Shown: positions 9,822 to 18,766 of the stretch, piece by piece
Layout of the letters: every line of letters starts with the position of its first letter
Position numbering within the stretch: the stretch's first letter is position 1
Assembly: GCA_049301135.1 (NCBI GenBank)
Contig: JBAQKP010000044.1
Location: 10,460 to 74,459 of the forward strand
Direction: 5' to 3'
Source of the DNA: Moraxellaceae bacterium
GTDB lineage: Bacteria > Pseudomonadota > Gammaproteobacteria > Pseudomonadales > Moraxellaceae
DNA length: 64,000 bases
Program-made: the position numbers and the translations under genes
Notes under the pieces: model-generated
Database searches by the model: none
What the model saw: only the letters and a program-made list of their open reading frames with translations
Told to the model about the DNA's origin: nothing

Positions 9822-10820
9822 ATGAAATCGTCAGTCCGTCCAGTGTTGAATCGCTGCCTATTGCTATTGGGGGTTGCGCTGCTCAGTGCGCCCGCACAGG
9901 CCGCCGATACGCGCGCCGCGATCAGTCGCGACGATGAAGCGCGGATGATCATGAATGACGACATGGTAGAGCCCGTGGTCGATGTGCGTAACATGTCTGT
10001 TGGTGGGGTTACCACGTTGGTCGAGCGGGTGCGTACCAGCAGCAGTAACTTGGCCAATTCGACCGTACAGCGCGTACAAGAGGCACTCAGCCTAAACGCC
10101 AGTTCTGCGGTAGTGATGGATGCGGTGACCGGCGATGTGCTATACGGCAAAGCGACCGATCAAGCCGTGCCGATTGCGTCGATTACCAAAGTGATGACCG
10201 CGATGGTCACCATTGATGCCCGCTTGAATATGGCGGAGGCGATTACTTTAGTGCCGAGTGATTTTGTCGGCCCTAAGGTCGCCAGTTCGCACTTGCGTGT
10301 CGGCGATACCCTGAACCGCGCCGAACTGCTGCTGATTGCGCTGATGAAATCCGAAAATCCAGCGGCCAAAGCCTTAGCGCGTAGCTATCCAGGTGGCTAT
10401 GATGTGTTTATGCGCGAGATGAACAACAAAGCGCGGGCACTCAAGCTGAACAGTATGTTTTACGGTGATCCGACTGGCCTTGACCCACGCAACGTGTCTT
10501 CTGCACGTGATCTTGCAGCTTTGGTCAGCCATGCCTATGACTACGGCGTGATTCGGCAGTTTTCATCGTATCAAGGTTATAATTTTAATCTGGGCAGCCG
10601 CACTTATTATGCAGCCAATACCAATAGTCTCGTGCGTGATGGCCGTTGGAACATCGGTTTGTCGAAGACCGGCTATATCCGCGAGGCGGGGCGCTGTGTG
10701 GTGATGCAGGCCAACGTCAACAATCGTCCAGCAGTCGTTGTCTTGATGGGTGCGAACAGTTCGCAGAGTCGTTCTGGTGATGCGACACGGATTTTAAATT
10801 GGCTACAAAATCGTTTTTAA
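9822..10820 (+). CDS. pbpG: D-alanyl-D-alanine endopeptidase/carboxypeptidase (class C low-MW PBP, PBP7-like)
   Basis: It has a signal peptide (...LLSAPAQA) and the SxxK (SITKVM), SxN (KSENPA) and KTG (SKTGYI) motifs. Confidence 0.85.
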   Translation: MKSSVRPVLNRCLLLLGVALLSAPAQAADTRAAISRDDEARMIMNDDMVEPVVDVRNMSVGGVTTLVERVRTSSSNLANSTVQRVQEALSLNASSAVVMDAVTGDVLYGKATDQAVPIASITKVMTAMVTIDARLNMAEAITLVPSDFVGPKVASSHLRVGDTLNRAELLLIALMKSENPAAKALARSYPGGYDVFMREMNNKARALKLNSMFYGDPTGLDPRNVSSARDLAALVSHAYDYGVIRQFSSYQGYNFNLGSRTYYAANTNSLVRDGRWNIGLSKTGYIREAGRCVVMQANVNNRPAVVVLMGANSSQSRSGDATRILNWLQNRF

Positions 10821-10836
10821 TATGTGCTGTAATATC

Positions 10837-10866
10837 AAAAAGCCCTGATTGATCAGGGCTTTTTTG
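10837..10866. terminator. Bidirectional rho-independent terminator between convergent pbpG and thrC
   Basis: AAAA-AGCCCTGA-ttga-TCAGGGCT-TTTTT. The 8-bp stem is perfect and has A/T runs on both sides. Confidence 0.75.
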
Positions 10867-10901
10867 TGGCTGACCCGCTGTGTTGTGCGGATCTGAACGG
10901 C

Positions 10902-12062
10902 TTACATGTTTTTCAAGATACCATCTTTGACTTGCGCCAACGTCGCATCAATGCCCAACATGACCGCATCGGCGCATTGCTTGATTGCAGTATCAGGGTC
11001 TTTGAGGCCGTTACCGGTCAACGTACAGACGATCACTGAGCCTTCTGGGATTTTGCCGGATTTCAGATCGGCAATCACACCACCGACAGACGCGGCAGAC
11101 GCAGGCTCACAGAAAATCCCTTCGTACATCGACAGCATGCGCTGTGCATCCAAAATGTCGGCATCGTTTAGTTCATCAAACCAGCCGCCAGATTCTGCCA
11201 TCACCGCATGCGCTTGTGTCCAGCTTTGTGGATTGCCGATCCGGATCGCAGTGGCGAGGGTTTCAGGGTCTTTGACGGGGCCTCCACGCATGAAGGGTGC
11301 AGAGCCAGAGGCTTGATAACCAATCATTTTTGGACGGCTGTCTTTGGCGATGACTGGCTCACCGGTAAACTGACAGTTGCCTTCACACAAGGCACAGCTG
11401 TCGGTGACTTTGTCGCCTTTGGCGGTTGCTGATTCGCTATAGCCGATCCAGTGCGCGGTGATGTTACCGGCGTTACCGACCGGTAGCGCATGATAATCTG
11501 GTGCGCGACCGAGTTCTTCGATGATCTCGAATGCAGCGGTTTTTTGGCCTTGCAAACGATAAGGGTTAATTGAGTTGACGATGGTGACCGGTGCTTGGTC
11601 GGCGACTTCTTTGACCAGTTGCATGCCGTCGTCGAAGTTGCCGCGAATCTGCAAGGTGATCGCGCCGTACATCATCGCTTGGGCGAGTTTACCCATGGCG
11701 ATTTTGCCTTCAGGAATCAGCACGAAGGCTTTAATCCCTGCGCGAGCCGCATAAGCCGCCGCCGCCGCTGAGGTGTTGCCTGTCGATGCACAGATAATTG
11801 CTTTGCTACCGGCTTCGACCGCTTTGGTCACCGCCATGGTCATGCCACGATCTTTAAACGAGCCAGTCGGATTCAGACCTTCGTATTTCACATAGATTTC
11901 GACATTTTTTCCGATAATGCGTGGAATATTATGCAGTTTAATCAGTGGCGTATTGCCTTCACCCAATGAAATAATCGGTGTGCTGGCAGATACCGGCAGG
12001 CGATCACGATAGCGTTCGATCAGGCCGGTGTAGCGGGCGTTGTTTGGGGTTGCAGTTGACAT
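10902..12062 (-). CDS. thrC: Threonine synthase
   Basis: The PLP-lysine motif (NPTGSFKDRGM) is present. The length and the hom-thrC arrangement are typical. I placed the start at the internal ATG (MSTATPNNARY). Confidence 0.95.
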   Translation of the reverse strand: MSTATPNNARYTGLIERYRDRLPVSASTPIISLGEGNTPLIKLHNIPRIIGKNVEIYVKYEGLNPTGSFKDRGMTMAVTKAVEAGSKAIICASTGNTSAAAAAYAARAGIKAFVLIPEGKIAMGKLAQAMMYGAITLQIRGNFDDGMQLVKEVADQAPVTIVNSINPYRLQGQKTAAFEIIEELGRAPDYHALPVGNAGNITAHWIGYSESATAKGDKVTDSCALCEGNCQFTGEPVIAKDSRPKMIGYQASGSAPFMRGGPVKDPETLATAIRIGNPQSWTQAHAVMAESGGWFDELNDADILDAQRMLSMYEGIFCEPASAASVGGVIADLKSGKIPEGSVIVCTLTGNGLKDPDTAIKQCADAVMLGIDATLAQVKDGILKNM

Positions 12063-12139
12063 AGATTCATCCAAAAATAGGGTTAAAAAAGCAGTCTGGG
12101 TGGTCTGGTGAGTCGCGCCACCCATTGATTTGCATTTGG

Positions 12140-13447
12140 TTAGCCATCGAGGTTTTCGAGTCGAATCCGCATCACGGGGCTGTTAATCGCTTGCAGGTCT
12201 TCGATCTCAATAATCGCTTGATTCATGCGGTGTTCGCGCACGGGTTGGGTGATCAGCACGACAGGAACACGGCCTTGAATATGCGCTGGTTTTTGCAGAA
12301 TCGCGTCGATGTTAATGCCTGCACGACTCAGAATGCCGGTCACGTCTGCCAACACGCCCGGTGTATCTTCGGCATCAATCCGCAAATAATAGCCAGTGGT
12401 CATCTGATCAGCGGCCAAAATCGGCGTATCGCTCAGCGCATCGGGTTGGAATGCCAGATGCGGCACATGCGCGCCAGCGCTTTCGGCAGTCATCATGCGC
12501 ACCAGATCCACCACATCAGCCACCACCGCAGAAGCGGTTGGTCCTGCACCTGCACCTGCACCAAAATACAAGGTTGGTCCAACCGCGTCCGACTGTACCA
12601 ATACCGCGTTTTTGACGCCGTTGACGTTGGCAATCAGACGTTTTTCTGGGATCAAGGTCGGGTGTACGCGCAGTTCGATGCCGTCAGCGGTGCGGCGGGC
12701 GATACCCAGATGCTTGATCCGATAGCCGAGTTGTTCGGCGTATTCGACGTCTTGTGCGGTCAGTTTGGTGATGCCTTCGGTGTAGACCTTTTTAAACTGA
12801 AGCGGAATCCCAAACGCAATCGAGGCCAAAATGGTTAGTTTGTGCGCAGCATCAATGCCTTCGACATCAAAGGTCGGATCGGCTTCGGCGTAGCCCAGCA
12901 CTTGCGCTTCGGCCAGTACATCATTGAATGCACGGCCTTTGTCACGCATTTCGGTCATGATGAAGTTGCCAGTGCCGTTGATGATGCCCGCCAGCCATTC
13001 GATCCGATTGGCGGCTAGACCTTCGCGCAACACTTTAATGATCGGAATACCACCGGCGACGGCCGCTTCGAACGCAACATGCACGTTGTGTTGTTCGGCC
13101 AGTGCAAAAATTTCGTTGCCGTGTTCGGCGAGTAGGGCTTTGTTGGCGGTGACCACGTGTTTGCCGTGTTTGATCGCTTCGGTGACCACGTCACGCGCGA
13201 CGGTCATGCCGCCCATCACTTCAATCACGATGTCCACATCAGCGGCGCGGACAATCGACAGCAGGTCATCGCTGCACACGATGCCGTCAAGCCGGAGATC
13301 CGGCCTTGGCCGACGGGTTCCGACGTGACTAATCCGAATCTCACGACCCGTGCGGCGGGTGATTTCGGCGGCATTGTCTTGCAGTAGACGTAACGCGCCA
13401 GCACCGACTGTGCCCAATCCTAAGATCGCCAGATTTACAGATTTCAC
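12140..13447 (-). CDS. hom: Homoserine dehydrogenase
   Basis: An N-terminal NAD-binding motif (LAILGLGTVG), the homoserine dehydrogenase catalytic domain and a C-terminal ACT domain are present. I chose the GTG start at 13447, which follows GGAGTAAGAGG. Confidence 0.93.
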   Translation of the reverse strand: MKSVNLAILGLGTVGAGALRLLQDNAAEITRRTGREIRISHVGTRRPRPDLRLDGIVCSDDLLSIVRAADVDIVIEVMGGMTVARDVVTEAIKHGKHVVTANKALLAEHGNEIFALAEQHNVHVAFEAAVAGGIPIIKVLREGLAANRIEWLAGIINGTGNFIMTEMRDKGRAFNDVLAEAQVLGYAEADPTFDVEGIDAAHKLTILASIAFGIPLQFKKVYTEGITKLTAQDVEYAEQLGYRIKHLGIARRTADGIELRVHPTLIPEKRLIANVNGVKNAVLVQSDAVGPTLYFGAGAGAGPTASAVVADVVDLVRMMTAESAGAHVPHLAFQPDALSDTPILAADQMTTGYYLRIDAEDTPGVLADVTGILSRAGINIDAILQKPAHIQGRVPVVLITQPVREHRMNQAIIEIEDLQAINSPVMRIRLENLDG

Positions 13448-13632
13448 CCTCTTACTCCAGCCAGTTTGCAAAGCACAAGATCATAGCTAAAAAAGCGGCG
13501 TTGCTCTAGTCATGCAGGGTTAATCGTATGATAAATTCGGATTGTGGGGCGGTGGGTGTGCCGAGCATTGGTTGTGTCTTGAGTGTGTTGTCTGAATTCG
13601 CTCGGCCACTACAGCTTTCTATGGCATACCTT

Positions 13633-14229
13633 CTAGGGACTTTTACAGAGATTTTCCAAGAAAAAAGTCATTTTTTTCGCGTCTAAACTGTCTTTTTCAT
13701 AAAACCCATTGGTCAATCTTTGTCTGATTTCGTCACAGGTGTATACAAAATCCGAGAGATCCTCAGAAATAAGAAAATTTTCTCTGAAAAATATAAAGCC
13801 ATCGGAAACAGGGTTCTCCTGATAAATACACCAACTCCCGAATTCGTCAATCATTATTAGTCCAAAATATTTACCGTTTTTTTCAAGCTCATCGTTTAAA
13901 TACTGTAATTTAGATGGCCATTCCGAATGGTACTCCATCCTTGAAATAATGGAGTAATCGTCAGGAGAGCAGATATAAACTCCATCAGAACTTTGGTTTT
14001 TTGCAAAATTTTTCTGGACAGCCTCTATAAAATCAGGAGAGTTTTTGGCATTGATATCAAAAAATGCCAAGGATATGTAATCCTTATTATTTGTGAATCT
14101 TTCTATCTCACTGCTTGGATTGAATGTTTCTTTCATTTTGTATCTCCAAAAATCTAAGTCCACTTGGGTGCAATTTTTGCCGAATAAATTTTTGTATTTT
14201 AATGAAAATTTACTTCTTTTGGTGATCAT
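13633..14229 (-). CDS. Hypothetical protein (198 aa), AT-rich ORFan, possibly immunity-protein-like
   Basis: This is a long ORF in an AT-rich segment; three hand-counted 60-nt lines gave 32-40% GC. Its ATG overlaps the stop of the upstream ORF (ATGA at 14226-14229) and is preceded by GAGGAAGG. I recognise no catalytic motif. The segment GLIMIDEFGSWCIYQENPVSDGFIFF is loosely reminiscent of SUKH/SMI1-type immunity folds. Confidence 0.6.
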   Translation of the reverse strand: MITKRSKFSLKYKNLFGKNCTQVDLDFWRYKMKETFNPSSEIERFTNNKDYISLAFFDINAKNSPDFIEAVQKNFAKNQSSDGVYICSPDDYSIISRMEYHSEWPSKLQYLNDELEKNGKYFGLIMIDEFGSWCIYQENPVSDGFIFFRENFLISEDLSDFVYTCDEIRQRLTNGFYEKDSLDAKKMTFFLENLCKSP

Positions 14230-14444
14230 CCTTCCTCGATTTCAGCCTTCACACTTGCAGGCACCCACTCCCATACGACGTTGTAGTAAAGATCCTTAAT
14301 TTCCTGATAATTTGCTTCTGCAAAAGATTTCACAAGTTCAGGATCTTCATATCTCATCGGCTGATGAAAAAGCCCATTCATTTCCCCTAAAAGGTTAAAA
14401 GCGCGCTTAACCTCGTCCACTGACACTTCAATTTTTTGATCCAT
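14226..14444 (-). CDS. Hypothetical small acidic protein (72 aa), first gene of the AT-rich cassette
   Basis: The ORF has the same AT-rich composition and is translationally coupled to the 198-aa ORF. Its sequence looks acidic and probably helical. I recognise no family. Confidence 0.5.
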   Translation of the reverse strand: MDQKIEVSVDEVKRAFNLLGEMNGLFHQPMRYEDPELVKSFAEANYQEIKDLYYNVVWEWVPASVKAEIEEG

Positions 14445-14472
14445 ATGATTGCCTACTTATCCAGCCGTACCA

Positions 14473-14502
14473 GTGATCAGAAACGCCCTCGCCCCTGATC
14501 AC
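14473..14502 (-). other. 8-bp-stem hairpin between the dsbC stop and the AT-rich cassette
   Basis: GTGATCAG (14473-14480) pairs with CTGATCAC (14495-14502) around a 14-nt GC-rich loop. No T-run follows on the minus strand, so any terminator role is uncertain. Confidence 0.35.
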
Positions 14503-14525
14503 CCATCTGCAATAACCCTGTGCTT

Positions 14526-15338
14526 TTACTGCACGCCCAACATCTTTGCCAATTCCGCTGCTGGAATATAGCCGCCGAGATACTTGCCATCCGCGCTATA
14601 GATCGCCGGTGTACCATTCACACCCAACTGCATGCCGAGTTGATGCTGCGCTTCGACCGGATCTTTACAGCTTGGCGCACTGACTGGCAGACCATGCTTG
14701 GCAGCATCCATCGCCGCATTACGATCTTCACTACACCAGACCGCCTGCATCTTAGGGGTAATCTGTGGTGAGCGCGGCCACGCCAAATAACGGATTTCAA
14801 TGCCTTTGGCGGTCATATCGGCCATCTCACTGTGCAGCTTGCGGCAGTAGCCACAATCCACATCAGTAAACACATACGCGACCGCTTTAGTCGTGGCGGG
14901 CTTATAGATCACCATGTCTTTGACATCGAGTTGGTTAAACAACTTACCCGCTTTGGCCTGAATCAACGGCGCGGTCACATCGGTGACGGTGTTTTGGCCG
15001 AGTTTGACCAGATCACCTTGCAAAATATACTGACCATCGGCAGTGGTAAATACCGACGGCAAACCCTGCATGGTCACCCAAAAAATCCCATTCACCTCGG
15101 TCGGCTGAATGTCGATCACTTTGGCATTCAGACCAGCTTTAATCAGGTTTTGGCCGAACTTTGTGGCGAGGTCGGCCGGTACGGTATTACTGGTTGTGCT
15201 GCTGGTCGCGCTGGTTTTCGACGGCTCGGCACTGGCCTGACCGCTGACCGGCTGCGAATTACTGCTACAGGCAGACAACGCCACGACCATGGCGAGTAGG
15301 CAGGTGCGTAGCGGAATGTGTAAGGCGTGGGTCAGCAT
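14526..15338 (-). CDS. dsbC: Thiol:disulfide interchange protein DsbC (with a lipobox-like signal peptide)
   Basis: The CGYC active site (DVDCGYCRKLH), a DsbC-type N-terminal dimerisation region and the position next to xerD all fit DsbC. The signal peptide ends in LSAC, followed by an S/T-rich linker. Confidence 0.9.
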   Translation of the reverse strand: MLTHALHIPLRTCLLAMVVALSACSSNSQPVSGQASAEPSKTSATSSTTSNTVPADLATKFGQNLIKAGLNAKVIDIQPTEVNGIFWVTMQGLPSVFTTADGQYILQGDLVKLGQNTVTDVTAPLIQAKAGKLFNQLDVKDMVIYKPATTKAVAYVFTDVDCGYCRKLHSEMADMTAKGIEIRYLAWPRSPQITPKMQAVWCSEDRNAAMDAAKHGLPVSAPSCKDPVEAQHQLGMQLGVNGTPAIYSADGKYLGGYIPAAELAKMLGVQ

Positions 15339-15496
15339 GAAAAATCCTTAAAATGTCGAGGTAATGAGGCAGTGCTAAAGGCTGCAGGTCAGTGTCATGG
15401 TGCGCTGTAGCATAGCAAAAAGCCTGTGACAAATAGCTGAACAACTGTATCAAAACGATAGGCGCGTGGATCTGCCGATGGATTCTGAGCCATCAG

Positions 15497-16426
15497 CTAG
15501 CCGCGTGGGTGATGTGCCTGATGCAGTTGTTGCAGTCTAGCGCGCGCCACGTGGGTATAAATCTGCGTGGTGGACAGGTCACTATGCCCAAGTAGCAGTT
15601 GCACCACACGTAAATCTGCGCCGTGATTGAGTAAATGGGTGGCAAACGCATGCCGTAAGGTGTGCGGCGACAAGTGGGCGTCGATCCCCGCCAGTAGCGC
15701 GTAATGCTTGATGATGTACCAGAAGTTTTGGCGGGTCATAAAGCCACCTTGCTGGGTCAAAAACACCGCATCGATGGTCTTATTACTATTTAGACTGGGG
15801 CGACTGTCGCGTAGATAACGCTGTAAATAGTCGTTGGCGATTTCACCGAGCGGGATCAGGCGGGTTTTTTGGCCTTTACCAGTCACTCTTAATACGCCCG
15901 CGTTGAGGTTGACACTGTCTAAGGTGAGTCCGAGCAACTCTGACACGCGTAGCCCGCAGGCGTATAGCAGTTCGAGCATCGCTTTGTCGCGTAGACCGAG
16001 AGTTGTGTCCAGATCAGGTGCATTTAAAAGCTGTTCGACATTGGCTTCAGATAGGTCTTTGGGTAGTGGTCGGCCAAGCGCTGGGCTGATTTGTTCGGCG
16101 GTGGGATCATCGTCGCGATGGCCGATCTGCCGTAAAAACTGAAAATACTGGCGCAACGCCGACAGCATCCGACTAATCGAGCGCGGGCTGTGGTCAAGTT
16201 GCTGGCGTTGGTGCTGCCAGTCTTGTAGCTGGGCAGTGCTCCAATCTTCTAGCGGGATCTGGCTAAATTGCTGGGCTTGTAGTAAGTCACTCAAGTACGC
16301 GCTGCGTGTGTGCGGACTGACGGCTTGTGCTACCAGATGATCGCGAAAGCGCTGCAAATAAAACGCATCACTGGGCAGACTTAGCGGTTTGGGCAGGCGT
16401 GGGCTGCGGGCAGGACGGGACGGCAT
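15497..16426 (-). CDS. xerD: Site-specific tyrosine recombinase XerD
   Basis: From memory, it resembles E. coli XerD over most of its length. Examples are LPKDLSEA, LRDKAMLELLYACGLRVSEL, HTLRHAFATHLLNHGADLRVVQLLLGHSDLSTTQIYTHV and the C-terminal HHPRG. Confidence 0.95.
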   Translation of the reverse strand: MPSRPARSPRLPKPLSLPSDAFYLQRFRDHLVAQAVSPHTRSAYLSDLLQAQQFSQIPLEDWSTAQLQDWQHQRQQLDHSPRSISRMLSALRQYFQFLRQIGHRDDDPTAEQISPALGRPLPKDLSEANVEQLLNAPDLDTTLGLRDKAMLELLYACGLRVSELLGLTLDSVNLNAGVLRVTGKGQKTRLIPLGEIANDYLQRYLRDSRPSLNSNKTIDAVFLTQQGGFMTRQNFWYIIKHYALLAGIDAHLSPHTLRHAFATHLLNHGADLRVVQLLLGHSDLSTTQIYTHVARARLQQLHQAHHPRG

Positions 16427-16535
16427 TGGGGCAGATCACAGCTGAAAGACAGCACCGATACTACAATGCGTCGTGTGGCAGATGCCATGCCTTGAATTGA
16501 ATTGAATCGTTGTGATGAATGCTCGTAAAATATAG

Positions 16536-16550
16536 TGAATCTCATTATCA
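16536..16550. promoter_or_regulatory. Candidate Fur box upstream of the TonB-dependent receptor
   Basis: TGAATCT-c-ATTATCA compared with the 7-1-7 Fur consensus TGATAAT-n-ATTATCA. The right half-site is perfect and the left matches 4/7. It lies about 90 nt upstream of the start codon. Confidence 0.4.
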
Positions 16551-16642
16551 TTTAAAAACTCGCAGTTTCTGCATGTTTTCTACATGATTGACCTGCACAA
16601 TCTATGCATATTCAGTCTGTTTGCGCGTTTTGGAGTGTGTTC

Positions 16643-18751
16643 ATGTCGTCATCGTCCTGTAAGCCCGTATTGTCTGGTCGCGTGATGCTGTCGCTGCTCG
16701 GTGGTTTGGCGGCGATGCCGCTACTACACGCCGAAACGGCTGTGTCAGTTACGCCGGTTCCAGTGACTGCGCCGATTGCCGCCGCGCCAAAAGTACAGAC
16801 CCTTTCAACGATTACTATCACCGCAAACCGTAATACTGCCCCTGAAGAGGTCAGTGCGATTGCCAAAACCGTGATCAGTCAGGCTGAGATGCTGCGCTAT
16901 GGCGATGCGTCGGTGACTGACGCGCTGCGTCGTGCGACGGGGATTCAGATGGGCGCGACCGGTGGGGCAGGTCGGGCGCAGTTTCGCGGTTCAACTGCGG
17001 CACCGACCATTTTAGTCAATGGTGAAGCGGTACAAGGTGGCCGACGTGGCGGCAGTTCGCTGATTGATACCTTTACCCCAGAAATGATCGACCGTATCGA
17101 AGTGACCCGCCAAGCCAGTGTCACGCAAGGCTCGGTTGCTGCGGGTGGCGTGATCAATATTATTCTAAAAGATCCACGCGCGGGGACATTGGGTGGCGTA
17201 GTAAAGCTCGGTTACGGCGAGGTGACGCAAGGCGAACAGTCACAACAACAGCGTCAACTGAACCTACAACTCGACGGCAAGCGCGAACAACTCGGCTACA
17301 GCCTATCGGCCAATCAATCGCGCACCGACAGCACCAGCCAGACTGAACTGACCCGCGCTGATGGTCAAATCACCCTGCAACGGCAGCAGAGCGAAGGCGA
17401 GTTTAAGATGCTCGCACCGCGCCTACAATATGAGCTAGAAGATGACTACGACAGCAAGCTGTTTGCTGATGCGTTTTATAACGAACATGCCACCACCAAT
17501 CAAAGCAGCAGTCAGAGCGGCAGCCAAACCAACAGTACGCAGCAGCAGACCGATAGTGACAGCACTCGATTGAATTTACGCCTTGAGCAGCAACATGGCG
17601 AGCGCGAAGACAAATGGCGCATCTCGGCACAACAACAAAACGAACAGCAAGCCACCTTGTCCAATAGCGCTGGACAAGCCACGCTGCGCTTGGTCGATGA
17701 GCAAACCCGTGAATGGTCGGCCGGTTATGCCGGTAGCCAAAAAATCGGCGAGGCACACCAAGTCAAGTTTGGGGCAGAACTGCGGCAAACCAACCTCAAC
17801 AGCAACGTCGATGCCGAACTGACTGAGAAGCGGCAAGCGGTGTATCTAGAGGAAAGTTGGAAGCTGAACGAAAAAAACACCATCACCGCAGGGCTGCGGC
17901 AAGAATGGCTGAAGCGCAGCGGCTTGGTCGATTATCAGCAAGACAGCCTGAGTCCAGCACTGGCCTATCGTTATCAATATGATCCGGCGTGGTCGGTGCA
18001 GATCGGTTATAGCCAATCACAGCGCACACCGCGTTCCGATGATTTATTGCCGACCGTGACCGCCTCGACCAGTCTCGACGCGGGTAGCCTCAACAATCCC
18101 GATCAAGGCGGTAATCCAAACCTTAAGCCAGAGCAGATTCAGTCGGTCGAATCAACGTTGGGCTATAACAGCGAAGCTGGCGGTTTTAATTTGACCGTGT
18201 TTCGGCGCAATATCGACGATTACATTGAAAAAGTCGTGAGTTTAGAAAGCGGGCGCTATGTCGAACGGCCACAGAACCAAGCAGAAGCATTGGCGTCGGG
18301 TGTTGAGTTGTCAGCGCGTTGGGCACTGCGCAACCAGAATGGTCACTCGTTGTTGTTAAACGGACAAATCTCCACGATTCGTGCTGAGATTCAACGGGCT
18401 GGCCAAGCGGATCGACTGGCCAGCAACGTGGCGCCGTATAGCAGCAGCATCGGCCTGTCGTACCAGTATCAGCCGTTGAAATGGTCAACCAATCTGAATA
18501 TTGGTTATCAGCCCAGTTACCGCCGTCCACTGGATGATCAGCCGTATATCCGTGATGTAAATGCGCGCACCACGCTGGACATCAGCAGCACCAAACGCTT
18601 TGATCAAGGCTGGGCAGTCACGGTCAGTGGCCGTAACCTACTGGCGGCTGAGCGAATCGAACGGCTAACCACGCCAGACGGCGGCTTTTTTCAGCAACGC
18701 CGTGCGGAGTCGCTGCCGAACGTATTGTTGACCTTAGAAAAGCGATTTTAA
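16643..18751 (+). CDS. TonB-dependent outer-membrane receptor (probably iron/siderophore-related)
   Basis: It has a signal peptide, a plug domain (ITITANR...VTDALRRATGIQM), a beta-barrel and a C-terminal ...TLEKRF terminal Phe. I chose the ATG at 16643, which follows a TGGAG RBS. Confidence 0.9.
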   Translation: MSSSSCKPVLSGRVMLSLLGGLAAMPLLHAETAVSVTPVPVTAPIAAAPKVQTLSTITITANRNTAPEEVSAIAKTVISQAEMLRYGDASVTDALRRATGIQMGATGGAGRAQFRGSTAAPTILVNGEAVQGGRRGGSSLIDTFTPEMIDRIEVTRQASVTQGSVAAGGVINIILKDPRAGTLGGVVKLGYGEVTQGEQSQQQRQLNLQLDGKREQLGYSLSANQSRTDSTSQTELTRADGQITLQRQQSEGEFKMLAPRLQYELEDDYDSKLFADAFYNEHATTNQSSSQSGSQTNSTQQQTDSDSTRLNLRLEQQHGEREDKWRISAQQQNEQQATLSNSAGQATLRLVDEQTREWSAGYAGSQKIGEAHQVKFGAELRQTNLNSNVDAELTEKRQAVYLEESWKLNEKNTITAGLRQEWLKRSGLVDYQQDSLSPALAYRYQYDPAWSVQIGYSQSQRTPRSDDLLPTVTASTSLDAGSLNNPDQGGNPNLKPEQIQSVESTLGYNSEAGGFNLTVFRRNIDDYIEKVVSLESGRYVERPQNQAEALASGVELSARWALRNQNGHSLLLNGQISTIRAEIQRAGQADRLASNVAPYSSSIGLSYQYQPLKWSTNLNIGYQPSYRRPLDDQPYIRDVNARTTLDISSTKRFDQGWAVTVSGRNLLAAERIERLTTPDGGFFQQRRAESLPNVLLTLEKRF

Positions 18752-18766
18752 TCGATTCAGAGCAAT

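Noticed and set aside
12125-12838. A 237-aa ORF on the plus strand, antisense to hom. Similar long antisense ORFs occur at 2679-3158, 3192-3728, 4315-4713, 54595-55203 and 63027-63446.
   Set aside because: They lie entirely inside strongly supported genes on the opposite strand. Their translations are low-complexity and rich in Arg, His and Cys, and they have no RBS or recognisable motif. This is the usual artefact of GC-rich coding DNA.
16492-16506. Three tandem copies of TTGAA upstream of the TonB-dependent receptor.
   Set aside because: It is a very short microrepeat. It could be chance or part of a promoter UP-like region, and there is nothing further to support a function.
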